From the NCBI GenBank assembly GCA_030603365.1, contig JAUVXV010000004.1, positions 144,210 through 168,209 on the forward strand: 24,000 nucleotides of DNA. Reading direction: 5' to 3'. Position 1 is the first letter of the stretch. Every line of letters starts with the position of its first letter. This DNA is from Candidatus Heimdallarchaeota archaeon (GTDB lineage Archaea; Asgardarchaeota; Heimdallarchaeia; Heimdallarchaeales; Heimdallarchaeaceae). The notes beneath the pieces are model-generated. The model was not told where the DNA came from and did no database searches. It saw only the letters and a list, made by a program, of their open reading frames with translations. Made by a program: the position numbers and the translations under genes. Below are positions 7,506-16,192 of the stretch, one piece after another.

Positions 7506-10118
7506 TCATAGTTCTATTCGAGGGTCTACTGCCACATAAACAATATCTGTTATCAGATTTCCTAGTAATATTAATATTGTAAGCAATGCTGTCGTTCCCA
7601 GTATCATTGGAAAGTCTAATAGGATCACCGCGCTTACATACTTGAATCCTAATCCTGGCCACGTAAAGAGTGTTTCAGTGATTGGAGCTCCTGCAAGTGC
7701 TGTAGCTAGAAATAGTCCAATGTAAGTAACAACTGGAATTAAAACATTCCTGAAAGCATGTCTCCAAGTAATGGATCTTTCTGAAAGTCCATTTGCTCTA
7801 GCTGATAAAATATAATCTTGTCGAAGAACCTCAAGCATTGTTGATCTAACCAATCTGGTATATAATGCAATAGATGCAAATGTTAATGCAATGATTGGTA
7901 AGACCATATGGAGCATTGAATCTAACAATCTTTCCGACACATTCGCCCACCACGTAGACATATTCCCTGACCAGAATAAACTCCAATTCGTATCACTGAA
8001 TACTGGCATGGGTGCTGGTACACGATGAGCTTTTGCAGCTGGGAACCAGCCCAGACCATATCCACTAAATATGTAAATCAATAATAATCCAAACACAAAA
8101 ATTGGCATTGAAAGACCTAATAGTGCAAATGCACTAGCTGCTGAATCAATCCATGAATTTTGATTTTTTGCTGCTAAAATTCCTAGAGGAATTGCTATTA
8201 AGAGGGCAAACACAAATGATGCCAATTGAAGTTTTAGTGTTTCCCAAACTAATCCTCCAATCATGTCATTAATAGATTGACCAGATTGGAAGCTAGTTCC
8301 CATATCTCCGTGAAGCAGGTTGTAAAACCAAACTACAAATTGTACATAGATTGGTTGATCTAAGCCTAATTTCCGCGTCAGATTTAATCTATCTGCTTCC
8401 GTTACTCTTTGTTTTCCTAGAAGAAGTAAAGTTACTGGGTCTCCCATTCCACTAACCATTACAAATGTCATAACACATATCGCTATGAACAGAGGAATGA
8501 GGGTCAGCAATCTTCTTGTAATATATGTTGTTAATCTTAAAGTAGCAACATTCTTAATCCATTTAATTACACCAGTCTCACCTACTCTTCTAGTCATTGT
8601 TGAATCTGAGGGTTTTTGCCAGTCAACGGGTAAGAAAATACCTGTGAGCATCACAAAGATTCCTATCACAAACAAATAGAAACCTGGTTCAATAGTTCCT
8701 GTAAGAGCTATGTTGAAGAAAGCAGGATTCGAATCATTAGGATTAAAGGTTATCGGGCTGAAGGTTATCGCATCTTGTCCAGAAATAATCGCTTCATATC
8801 TTCCAGCAGCAATTATCATCGATCTATTCATCGCTAGAATTGCGGCTACAAGCGATGTAAGCAAGAGAATACCACCGGCTATATCGGCAATTATACCTCT
8901 TGATTTTAACTCTCCACTTTGGAATACTTGTCCTAAAACAATCGCCATAAGAGCAAAGAGAATAGTAAACCAAACAGCAGCTGCTAAGATTATTATGCTA
9001 CTAGGTGTTTCTGCTTGTAAAAATCTTGCTTGTGTTATGTTATCTGCGCTGTCATAGGTTATGAGTCTATAATCAACACTAAAACTATATATTTCAACAA
9101 GGTTTCCAAAACTATCTTTATTGTAACGTGGTCTCACACTATAAACTTCTAAACCTGTTCCTGATTCAGCCACATATGCATATCCATCTATAACAAACAA
9201 TGCAACTGACTCTGCAGAAGTGTTATATGAACCTGCACTTTGTAAAACAACTGGGTTAATAATTGAAACAATGTGTAACCCATAGCTTGAATCAGTAATA
9301 TAGGCGTGTTCATTATCTATATCTATCCCTTTAACATCTCCTGAAACATCATATTGATTCCCGAATATTGGGACTTCTGGATTTGTCAAGTTAACAGATT
9401 GCAATCCGAAGTTTGCACCTACAATATATGCATAATCACCTTGAACATCAACATCATACACAGGATTACCTGCTTCATATGTTCCAATTAAAGTTGGATC
9501 GGTTGGATCACTCACATTCAAGACATGTAATCCTACTGTTGAATCTACAACATATGCAACGTCCTCTTGAACTACTACGCTATTTACATCACCAGAAATA
9601 CTGTATGTGCCTTCTTGAGATGGTGTTGCTGGAGTACTTACATCAAGTATTTGTAATCCTATTGTTGAATCTACAACATAAGCATAGTCGTTTAAAACAT
9701 ATACATTGTTCGCACCGCCAGCGATGCTATAAGTTCCTAAACTTGTTGGTGTTGTTGGATCTGTTACATCTACAGTTTGTAACCCTGTATTGGTATCAGC
9801 AATGTAAGCAACATTATCTGCAACAAATATACCATTGGAACTACCCGTTATACTGTAAATTCCAATAATGTCTATTGTCTGTGCATCAGTTACATTTACA
9901 ATAACTAATCCTGAATCAGAATTCAAAACATATGCAAAGCCACCATCATAATAAACTGCTGTTAAATTACCTACAATGATTTGTGTATTTTCAAGTACAA
10001 TGGGTTCTGGTTCTGCAGAAGTTGAATCAAAATCAAGACCATACAAAGGTACAAAAGCTGCGATAAAAATAAGAGCAAAACCAACAATTTTAAGAGAAAT
10101 TGCTACACTTTTATCCAT
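7506..10118 (-). CDS. Fusion protein: signal-anchor + seven LVIVD-repeat beta-propeller + extra TM segments + OppB/DppB-type ABC permease
   Basis: 870-aa ORF. Residues 1-27 form a hydrophobic anchor. Residues 50-330 hold seven GL[VQH][IVT][VL][NDS]V-type LVIVD repeats at exactly 42-aa spacing. Residues 372-500 are hydrophobic helices. From about residue 528 (ITRRLLTLIPLF...) to the end is a canonical OppB permease, including SARANGLSERSI (EAA loop). Confidence 0.88.
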   Translation of the reverse strand: MDKSVAISLKIVGFALIFIAAFVPLYGLDFDSTSAEPEPIVLENTQIIVGNLTAVYYDGGFAYVLNSDSGLVIVNVTDAQTIDIIGIYSITGSSNGIFVADNVAYIADTNTGLQTVDVTDPTTPTSLGTYSIAGGANNVYVLNDYAYVVDSTIGLQILDVSTPATPSQEGTYSISGDVNSVVVQEDVAYVVDSTVGLHVLNVSDPTDPTLIGTYEAGNPVYDVDVQGDYAYIVGANFGLQSVNLTNPEVPIFGNQYDVSGDVKGIDIDNEHAYITDSSYGLHIVSIINPVVLQSAGSYNTSAESVALFVIDGYAYVAESGTGLEVYSVRPRYNKDSFGNLVEIYSFSVDYRLITYDSADNITQARFLQAETPSSIIILAAAVWFTILFALMAIVLGQVFQSGELKSRGIIADIAGGILLLTSLVAAILAMNRSMIIAAGRYEAIISGQDAITFSPITFNPNDSNPAFFNIALTGTIEPGFYLFVIGIFVMLTGIFLPVDWQKPSDSTMTRRVGETGVIKWIKNVATLRLTTYITRRLLTLIPLFIAICVMTFVMVSGMGDPVTLLLLGKQRVTEADRLNLTRKLGLDQPIYVQFVVWFYNLLHGDMGTSFQSGQSINDMIGGLVWETLKLQLASFVFALLIAIPLGILAAKNQNSWIDSAASAFALLGLSMPIFVFGLLLIYIFSGYGLGWFPAAKAHRVPAPMPVFSDTNWSLFWSGNMSTWWANVSERLLDSMLHMVLPIIALTFASIALYTRLVRSTMLEVLRQDYILSARANGLSERSITWRHAFRNVLIPVVTYIGLFLATALAGAPITETLFTWPGLGFKYVSAVILLDFPMILGTTALLTILILLGNLITDIVYVAVDPRIEL
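9129..9971 (-). repeat. Intragenic tandem repeat: 7 x 126-nt (42-aa) LVIVD blades
   Basis: The GL-x-hydrophobic-x-V motif falls at residues 70, 112, 154, 196, 238, 280 and 322. At the DNA level, tcctactgttgaatctacaacata (9531) and tcctattgttgaatctacaacata (9657) are exactly 126 nt apart with one mismatch. Confidence 0.85.
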
Positions 10119-10467
10119 AATTTATCACTCGAGTGGAATGAATAGAATCATCTATTCTTTTATAGAAAGACTGTTGAAGTTTTTATAAATGTTGCCTAGT
10201 GTTATAAGATATAAAGAAAATGTATAGAATCTGTATTTGAGTCGGAAAATATCGAAAGTATCAACCAAATTTATTTTTCATACTGATTCTACGCTTTTTA
10301 GAGTGTTCTTTACAAGTATATCTTAATAATTAGAATGAAAAATGTCTATCTAATCTAATAGGTAATATTATAGCAATCTGTGTTAGATAAACAACAATTA
10401 AGCTTGGTAACAAAAAATATTTAAAGCAACCTTGAAAGAAAAAGATGACATTAGCCTATCGGTAATA

Positions 10468-10545
10468 GGGGCAGTGATCTAGCCTGGCTATGATACCTCC
10501 TTGACGTGGAGGAAGTCGCAAGTTCGAATCTTGCCTGCCCCACCA
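10468..10545 (+). tRNA. tRNA-Val (anticodon GAC), CCA encoded
   Basis: Hand-folded cloverleaf: acceptor ggggcag/ctgcccc, anticodon stem cctcc/ggagg with loop ttGACgt, variable aagtc, T-arm gcaag-ttcgaat-cttgc, discriminator a, then CCA (10543-10545). A T-rich tract follows at 10546-10557. Confidence 0.9.
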
Positions 10546-10555
10546 TTCTTGATTT

Positions 10556-11470
10556 TTAACGAAACAGATTCTCAACACTTAGGTATCTCTGACCAGTATC
10601 AGCCAGTATGGTCACGATAGTTTTATCTTTACTACTAGGACGTTGAGCAATTTTCTCTGCAGCTACACTTACTGCTCCCGAACTAATTCCTACCAAAATC
10701 CCCTCTGTTTTTGCTATACGCCTACACATGTTAAATGCTTCTTCTTGTTTTACAAGGAAAATTTCATCAATTATCTCTTTGTCAAGTGTTTCTGGTATAA
10801 AACCTGGAGCTGTTCCCATCATTTTATGAGGATTGAAAATCCCCTTAGAAATATAGGGTGATTCGTGAGGTTCAACCGCTATAAGTTTTACAGAGGGATT
10901 TTTTTCTTTGAGGTATCTTCCAGCTCCACAAATAGTACCTCCTGTTCCTAAACCTGCAATAAGAATATCTATTTTTCCTTCTGTATCCTGCCAAATTTCG
11001 GGACCAGTAGTAAGATAATGTGCTTTTGGATTTGATTGACTCACATGCTGTCCTACATAGAAAAAATCTGGGTTTTCTTCTAATATTTCTTTTAGTTTCT
11101 TACGCGATCCTTCTGTACCTAACTCAGCAGGGGTTAGGATTAGTTGTGCTCCCAATGCACTTAAAATCTGACGCCGTTCAATACTTTGTATTTCAGACAT
11201 AACTAAAATTGCTTTATAATTCCTGATACAAGAAATAAATGCCACTGCCATTCCAGTGTTCCCACTTGTACATTCAATAACAGTATCACCTGGTTTCAAC
11301 CTACCTTCCTTTTCAGCATCTATAAAAATTTGAAGAACGGGTCTATCTTTTATGCTTAATGGGTTCATAAATTCGCATTTCCCATATATAGTGCTACTTG
11401 GAAAGGTTCTCTTCATTCTTAGAAGAGGCGTATTTCCAATAAGTTCTGATATATCTTCAATAATTCCCAT
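10556..11470 (-). CDS. cysK: Cysteine synthase / O-acetylserine sulfhydrylase (fold-type II PLP enzyme)
   Basis: 304-aa ORF with PLP-lysine motif NPLSIKDR, the TSGNTG asparagine loop and the GTGGT glycine loop typical of the CysK/CysM family. A CysM or CBS-like assignment cannot be excluded. Confidence 0.85.
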   Translation of the reverse strand: MGIIEDISELIGNTPLLRMKRTFPSSTIYGKCEFMNPLSIKDRPVLQIFIDAEKEGRLKPGDTVIECTSGNTGMAVAFISCIRNYKAILVMSEIQSIERRQILSALGAQLILTPAELGTEGSRKKLKEILEENPDFFYVGQHVSQSNPKAHYLTTGPEIWQDTEGKIDILIAGLGTGGTICGAGRYLKEKNPSVKLIAVEPHESPYISKGIFNPHKMMGTAPGFIPETLDKEIIDEIFLVKQEEAFNMCRRIAKTEGILVGISSGAVSVAAEKIAQRPSSKDKTIVTILADTGQRYLSVENLFR

Positions 11471-11515
11471 TTTTTACTCACCATTTAATTCATATCTTGA
11501 CTTTTAGATTCATGA

Positions 11516-12352
11516 CTAAAAGACATCCAAATCATTTCCCGAAATAATTTTTCCATCATATCTTTCCTTTATTTCATCAAGAAGTTGATTTTGGGATATG
11601 CCCCAAAAGAGTTGATGATATAAGATTAATAGTTCAGGTCCTGCTCTTGAAGCTATCTCCGCTAACTCATGAGTTGATGTGTGTACGTTTTTATGATATT
11701 CTTGCCATTCTTTGGGTCTTTTTCGCAACCCATTAACAGAGTATACTTCGTGAATCAGAATATCGCATCCCTTCGCTTGTTTCTCAAGCTCTTCTGAAGG
11801 TGCTGTATCTCCAGAAATCACAATTGTTTTATCAGGAGTATAAAATTTGAAACCATATGCTGTCCAGGAACCATGATTAACAGGAAAAGCTTCCACTCTT
11901 AGATGAATATCAGAATAGATGAGACCTGGGCTAATTTCGTGAATATTAACTTGAGTTCCTTCATGATTTATAGGTTCTAAACCTTCAATTCTTTCTCTTA
12001 TGTCTTCTTTGAATGCTTCAACAATGTGTTCTGTTAGGTGTTTCAACCCTTCAGGGCCATATACCTCAAGTGATTTTTTTCTACCCAAAACCCATGGAGT
12101 AAAGATTAAATCAGGATATCCGATTGTGTGATCTGAGTGAAGATGAGTTAAAAATGCAGTTTCTATTTTTACAGGATCAATACTTGCAGCTTTAACACGC
12201 CTTATTACACCGGGACCAAAATCGACAAGATATGGTCTTTCACTAACAATTATTGCGATTGACGAACCAGATCTTTCAGGAAATGCATTGGGAGTTCCTG
12301 TTCCCAAGAGAATGATTTTCGTTTTATTGATATTCATTTCAGATTCATTCAT
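11516..12352 (-). CDS. MBL-fold metallo-hydrolase (RNase Z/BN-like architecture)
   Basis: 278-aa ORF with N-terminal ILLGTGTP, metallo-beta-lactamase motif LTHLHSDHTIG (HxHxDH) and downstream His/Asp ligands (ISGDT, LIHEV). Confidence 0.8.
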   Translation of the reverse strand: MNESEMNINKTKIILLGTGTPNAFPERSGSSIAIIVSERPYLVDFGPGVIRRVKAASIDPVKIETAFLTHLHSDHTIGYPDLIFTPWVLGRKKSLEVYGPEGLKHLTEHIVEAFKEDIRERIEGLEPINHEGTQVNIHEISPGLIYSDIHLRVEAFPVNHGSWTAYGFKFYTPDKTIVISGDTAPSEELEKQAKGCDILIHEVYSVNGLRKRPKEWQEYHKNVHTSTHELAEIASRAGPELLILYHQLFWGISQNQLLDEIKERYDGKIISGNDLDVF

Positions 12353-12395
12353 TAAATGGTATGTATCTTTAAAACTTAAATAGAAATCGACTGTA

Positions 12396-13367
12396 ATGTA
12401 CTTGAAAAGTATGAATTTATTACAAGAAATCTTAATTGCTGAGAAAAGAGTTAGAAAACATATAGATAAAACACCTCTAATACATTCTCCTTATCTTAGT
12501 GAACAAGGAAATTGTAATGTTTATTTGAAATCTGAAAACCTTCAAAAAACTGGTTCATTCAAGATAAGAGGAGCTTTCAATGCAATACTTTCTCTTTATG
12601 AGGAACAAAATATAACTGATTTTGTAACTTCTTCTTCTGGAAATCATGGTAATGCTTTTGCACACGTTATACAAGAGTTAAATCTTAATGGACTAATATT
12701 TCTGCCAGAAAATGCATCTCAGGCAAAAACTGATACTTTGAAGGAATGTAGTTCAGAAATTAGATTTTATGGAACTGATTGTGTAGAAACTGAAGTCTTT
12801 GCTAGAAATTTTGCTTTAGAACAGAGTTTGCCATTTATTTCTCCTTACAACGATGTGAATATTATTGCGGGACAAGGAACTATAGGAGTTGAACTTGAAG
12901 AAGATTTAGCACAAATAGATTGTGTTTTCGTTCCAATAGGTGGTGGAGGTTTGATCTCAGGAATAGCTTGCTATATGAAAAACAAGCGAGATGCTATTCA
13001 CATAATTGGATGTCAGCCACAAAATTCCCCAGTGATGTATGAATCAATTAAAGCGGGAACTATTATTGAGATGAAATCTGAACCCACTCTATCTGATGGC
13101 ACAGCTGGAGGAATCGAACCCAATTCAATAACATTTGATTTTTGTAAAAAATATGTAGACGATTATGAACTGGTTACAGAAGATGAAATTAAAAATGCAA
13201 TAAGATTGGTTATGACTGAGCACAATATGATAATTGAAGGAGCTGGAGCTTTAAGTATAGCTGCTTTTCTGAAGAAGAAAGATGAATTCATTGAAAAGAC
13301 TGTGGTTTTAGTTATTAGTGGTTCAAAGATTAACCCCAAAGAATTCAACGAGATTATAAGCAAGTAA
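12396..13367 (+). CDS. Threonine/serine dehydratase family PLP enzyme (short form, no ACT regulatory domain)
   Basis: 323-aa ORF with PLP-lysine motif TGSFKIRGA, SSGNHG and the glycine loop PIGGGGLISG. The length matches the catabolic threonine dehydratase / serine racemase-like subgroup. Confidence 0.85.
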   Translation: MYLKSMNLLQEILIAEKRVRKHIDKTPLIHSPYLSEQGNCNVYLKSENLQKTGSFKIRGAFNAILSLYEEQNITDFVTSSSGNHGNAFAHVIQELNLNGLIFLPENASQAKTDTLKECSSEIRFYGTDCVETEVFARNFALEQSLPFISPYNDVNIIAGQGTIGVELEEDLAQIDCVFVPIGGGGLISGIACYMKNKRDAIHIIGCQPQNSPVMYESIKAGTIIEMKSEPTLSDGTAGGIEPNSITFDFCKKYVDDYELVTEDEIKNAIRLVMTEHNMIIEGAGALSIAAFLKKKDEFIEKTVVLVISGSKINPKEFNEIISK

Positions 13368-13379
13368 TGATGTTTTTAG

Positions 13380-13877
13380 TTAATATTCAGTTAATGTGCC
13401 GATTCTTAAATTATCATCATTCTCAAACAAATCTAGTTCTATAATGGAGTTCATCTTTTCTCTACCTAATAGTTGGGTAATCATATAATAATCAGATGGA
13501 ATAATATTCTCTTTTTCGACAGATATTTCTTCTTTAGTAAACCATCGTAATTCTCCTTCGGCAGTTTCTTTCAATATATCTGAATCTGCTATAGTTAAAC
13601 AAAGAATAATTAAGAATTGTTTATGTGTTTTAGCAGTTATCCCGTCTTTCAATTTCTCATTCAAAATAGCTTTTATCCCCTTCCATTTAACAGATAAGCC
13701 TGTTTCCTCTTGTATTTCTCTAAGAAGTGCTTCTCTAATTCCTTCATCAAAGTTCATTTTTCCTCCAACTAAAGCCCATTTTTGTTGATAGTCTCCCCTT
13801 TTTCTTTTGATAAGTAACCACTTATTATTGCGTTCAATCCCTCCTATAACTATGTTAAGAATTCGTTTTTGTTCCAT
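13380..13877 (-). CDS. Nudix hydrolase
   Basis: A complete Nudix box, GKMNFDEGIREALLREIQEETGL, matches Gx5Ex7REUxEExGU. Confidence 0.88.
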   Translation of the reverse strand: MEQKRILNIVIGGIERNNKWLLIKRKRGDYQQKWALVGGKMNFDEGIREALLREIQEETGLSVKWKGIKAILNEKLKDGITAKTHKQFLIILCLTIADSDILKETAEGELRWFTKEEISVEKENIIPSDYYMITQLLGREKMNSIIELDLFENDDNLRIGTLTEY

Positions 13878-13987
13878 TATTAAGTTCTAAAACATTATAA
13901 TTCTAAACTTTTACTCTAGTATTTTAAAAATCTTTAAAGTCATAACATTCTTAAACATTCAAAGTTCATGCTCTTTAGCGAAGCCCA
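13878..13987. promoter_or_regulatory. Divergent promoter region (Nudix gene leftward, five-gene operon rightward) with several TATA-like boxes
   Basis: 110-nt AT-rich intergenic spacer containing ttttaaaaat (13923-13932), ctttaaag (13932-13939) and cttaaacatt (about 13950-13959). No transcription start can be assigned from sequence alone. Confidence 0.35.
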
Positions 13988-14590
13988 ATGACTAACTTCA
14001 TTCAGAATTTCAGACGTTCAATTCGTAGGAAACTAGGCTACCCAGAAGTTTCTATCCTTGTTTTAGGAGATAATAATCCTGCTACTAGGAATCGGGCTCT
14101 ACTAACTAAATCAGAAACATCTCTTAATGAGTTTATCATTGATAACTCTTTAGTAGAACTGCCTTATGCTTTGAACTTTAAATTCAAACATAATCTATTT
14201 GTTCCATTTGAAGGCTTACTGTATTTCATTGATTCAACAAAAGAAGAAATGATAAAACATGAAAGAAATTTCCTTTGGGAGAAAATCGTCTGGAATGCTG
14301 AAACTCAGAATTTACCTATTGCTCTCTGCGCATATAACTCAAATTTACAAGGAGCATTATCCAGAGGGGAATTAATAGAAAATCTTTCTTTGATTCGATT
14401 AACAGATAGACTCTGGAATCTCTTTGAGACACCAGAAGTGCCATCTATAATTGAAGCACTAAAGTGGCTGAAAAAGGTAATTCATATAGGCTATGTTAAG
14501 TCATGGGAAGAAAAAGAAAAATTATTATTAAAAATTAAACCTGTAGAAATTCAGATCACTACAGAAGAAGAAAATGATCTAGATGTATAA
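13988..14590 (+). CDS. Arf/Arl/Sar-family-like small GTPase fold protein with all nucleotide-binding motifs degenerate (candidate pseudo-GTPase)
   Basis: By-eye alignment to eukaryotic Arf1, recalled from memory. ILVLGDNNPATRN aligns with ILMVGLDAAGKTT (P-loop lost). GLLYFIDSTKEE aligns with GLIFVVDSNDRE. IALCAYNSNLQGALSRGELIENLSL aligns with [25 protein letters not shown] (NKxD becomes YNSN). EALKWLKK aligns with EGLDWLSN. No DxxGQ equivalent is present. Confidence 0.6.
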   Translation: MTNFIQNFRRSIRRKLGYPEVSILVLGDNNPATRNRALLTKSETSLNEFIIDNSLVELPYALNFKFKHNLFVPFEGLLYFIDSTKEEMIKHERNFLWEKIVWNAETQNLPIALCAYNSNLQGALSRGELIENLSLIRLTDRLWNLFETPEVPSIIEALKWLKKVIHIGYVKSWEEKEKLLLKIKPVEIQITTEEENDLDV

Positions 14591-14607
14591 TAAAAGAGGT
14601 ACCTCTA

Positions 14608-16158
14608 ATGACACTCTCAATACAGAATTTAATGAAAGACGGGTATGAAGGATTTTCCGTTAGATCGATTTTAATGAATCCTGAATTCCGAGACAGAGTT
14701 TTAAAAGATGTTAGCGTAAGAGGAAACGAAGTAGGTAAGAACCTTGTGATGGATAAACTCGCAGTTGGTGGAAAGGTTCTACTTACAGGTCCAACCGGTG
14801 AAGCTAAAACACTGTTTGCTAGAGTACTACTTGACCATTTAGTCAGAGAAATCAACAATTTCAAATACCACATAGCTGATTGTCCATTTTTAGAAGATGC
14901 TGGATATATCATTGATATTATAGAAAACTTTCCTGCAAATCCTTTTGCTGGTATTCGTGTTATGCAATCCCTATGTCCTTATTGTAGGAATAACATTGAA
15001 ACTATTCTATCAAAAGATGGAAACGTTGTTCAACTAGATAACACCAACAGTGTTCTAGAAATTTCTCCAAAGGAAATAGTAAGTAGATTAGGAAAACTGG
15101 AAGCAGGTAAAACAACTGTTCGTAGATCACAACTAGACCCAAGAACTGATCCTGAAAGTCTTTATATGTTATTGGCTGGAGTTGAAAACTTAGAAGAATT
15201 ATTCGGAAAAGATACTTCAACAACATTTGCAGCTACTTCACATAAAGTAGGAGTTCTATCTCACGGATTCATTGTAGTTAACGAAATCCAAAGACTCCCA
15301 CTTAGTCTGCTAGAATCCCTCATGGGTTTTCTTGAAGAACCAATGGGTATCAAGTATAACATTCAAGGAGAACCAGTTTATATCGATGGTGCAGTTCTTT
15401 TCACTTCAAATGCTCCTTTAACAGTTTTTGGAGAAGAAAGTCAACCTATTATCAATCGTATTCCTGAAGTTCTTTGGCCCGCACGTTCAGTAGAAAGCAG
15501 AGAACAAATCCTCAAAGATATGTTCGATGAACAATTAGTTCTAACAAGAAAGAAAATTACTGCTAATCCTTCAATTATTCAATTGCATGAACTTGGAAAA
15601 GAAGCAACTGACTATGTAAGCAGACTAGCACTGGATTTCTTGGCTTTCTTGGGAAACAATTCACTTCCTGAATCACTTAAGACCAAAGGATTACGTTCTG
15701 AAAGTAGATTGGCTCGTAATGATTTTTACTCAGGTCTTGATGAAGTTCACGACCCACAAAGGAACCCACATATTGACCTTCGTACTATGAATAACATCAT
15801 TGGAGAAACTGTGTTGTTCCAAATAAGAGAAGGCAAAGATTCAGATATAAACGTTATAACACTGGAAAAAATACGAAACACTATGGGTGCATATGATGTT
15901 CCTGCTTCAATGATAAATGATGCTTTACAACAATTAAAAATCGTTTTACGAACAGCCATTAAGGAAGCTGAAGTCTCAATCAATGTTAAAGATATATCAG
16001 AAGACATTTCAAAAATGAAAGCTTTAAGTGATGCTGAAATGTCAGAACTCATTGTAAAGTTTGAAGGTCTTGATAGATTCAAAGAGAATATTCGTAACAA
16101 AATAGTGGAAAAACTCCAATTATCATATGAACAGTTACTAAAGGTAGATTATATCTAA
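14608..16158 (+). CDS. ChlI/BchI-MoxR-clade AAA+ ATPase-like protein with variant Walker A/B motifs and a Cys/His insertion
   Basis: Walker A-like GPTGEAKT (14788-14811), Walker B-like FIVVNE (15268-15285, Asn in place of Asp), sensor-1-like LFTSN and Arg-finger-like IINRIPE. The order and spacing resemble Mg-chelatase subunit I. HIADC...CPYC sits after Walker A, where ChlI-like proteins carry an insertion. A GAGGT ribosome-binding site lies 7 nt upstream of the ATG. Confidence 0.75.
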   Translation: MTLSIQNLMKDGYEGFSVRSILMNPEFRDRVLKDVSVRGNEVGKNLVMDKLAVGGKVLLTGPTGEAKTLFARVLLDHLVREINNFKYHIADCPFLEDAGYIIDIIENFPANPFAGIRVMQSLCPYCRNNIETILSKDGNVVQLDNTNSVLEISPKEIVSRLGKLEAGKTTVRRSQLDPRTDPESLYMLLAGVENLEELFGKDTSTTFAATSHKVGVLSHGFIVVNEIQRLPLSLLESLMGFLEEPMGIKYNIQGEPVYIDGAVLFTSNAPLTVFGEESQPIINRIPEVLWPARSVESREQILKDMFDEQLVLTRKKITANPSIIQLHELGKEATDYVSRLALDFLAFLGNNSLPESLKTKGLRSESRLARNDFYSGLDEVHDPQRNPHIDLRTMNNIIGETVLFQIREGKDSDINVITLEKIRNTMGAYDVPASMINDALQQLKIVLRTAIKEAEVSINVKDISEDISKMKALSDAEMSELIVKFEGLDRFKENIRNKIVEKLQLSYEQLLKVDYI

Positions 16159-16192
16159 GGTGATCTTACTTTAACTTTGCAGAGTTGATAAA

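Noticed and set aside
63-10467. A possible genomic island bounded by two same-orientation tRNA genes.
   Set aside because: No integrase, transposase or direct repeat of either tRNA 3' end is visible in the interval. The content is ordinary metabolism plus a transporter. tRNA flanking alone is not evidence.
10119-10467. A roughly 350-nt AT-rich non-coding spacer, searched for small RNAs, repeats or CRISPR-like structure.
   Set aside because: I could see no repeated units, stable stems or conserved-looking motifs. It most simply holds the ABC-operon promoter (minus strand) and the tRNA-Val promoter, with a TATA-like aaatatttaaag near 10415-10426.
10556-13367. cysK, MBL hydrolase and threonine dehydratase considered as a dedicated sulfur or amino-acid pathway cluster.
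   Set aside because: The genes are on different strands, and each belongs to a broad housekeeping family. No specific pathway logic can be supported from sequence alone.
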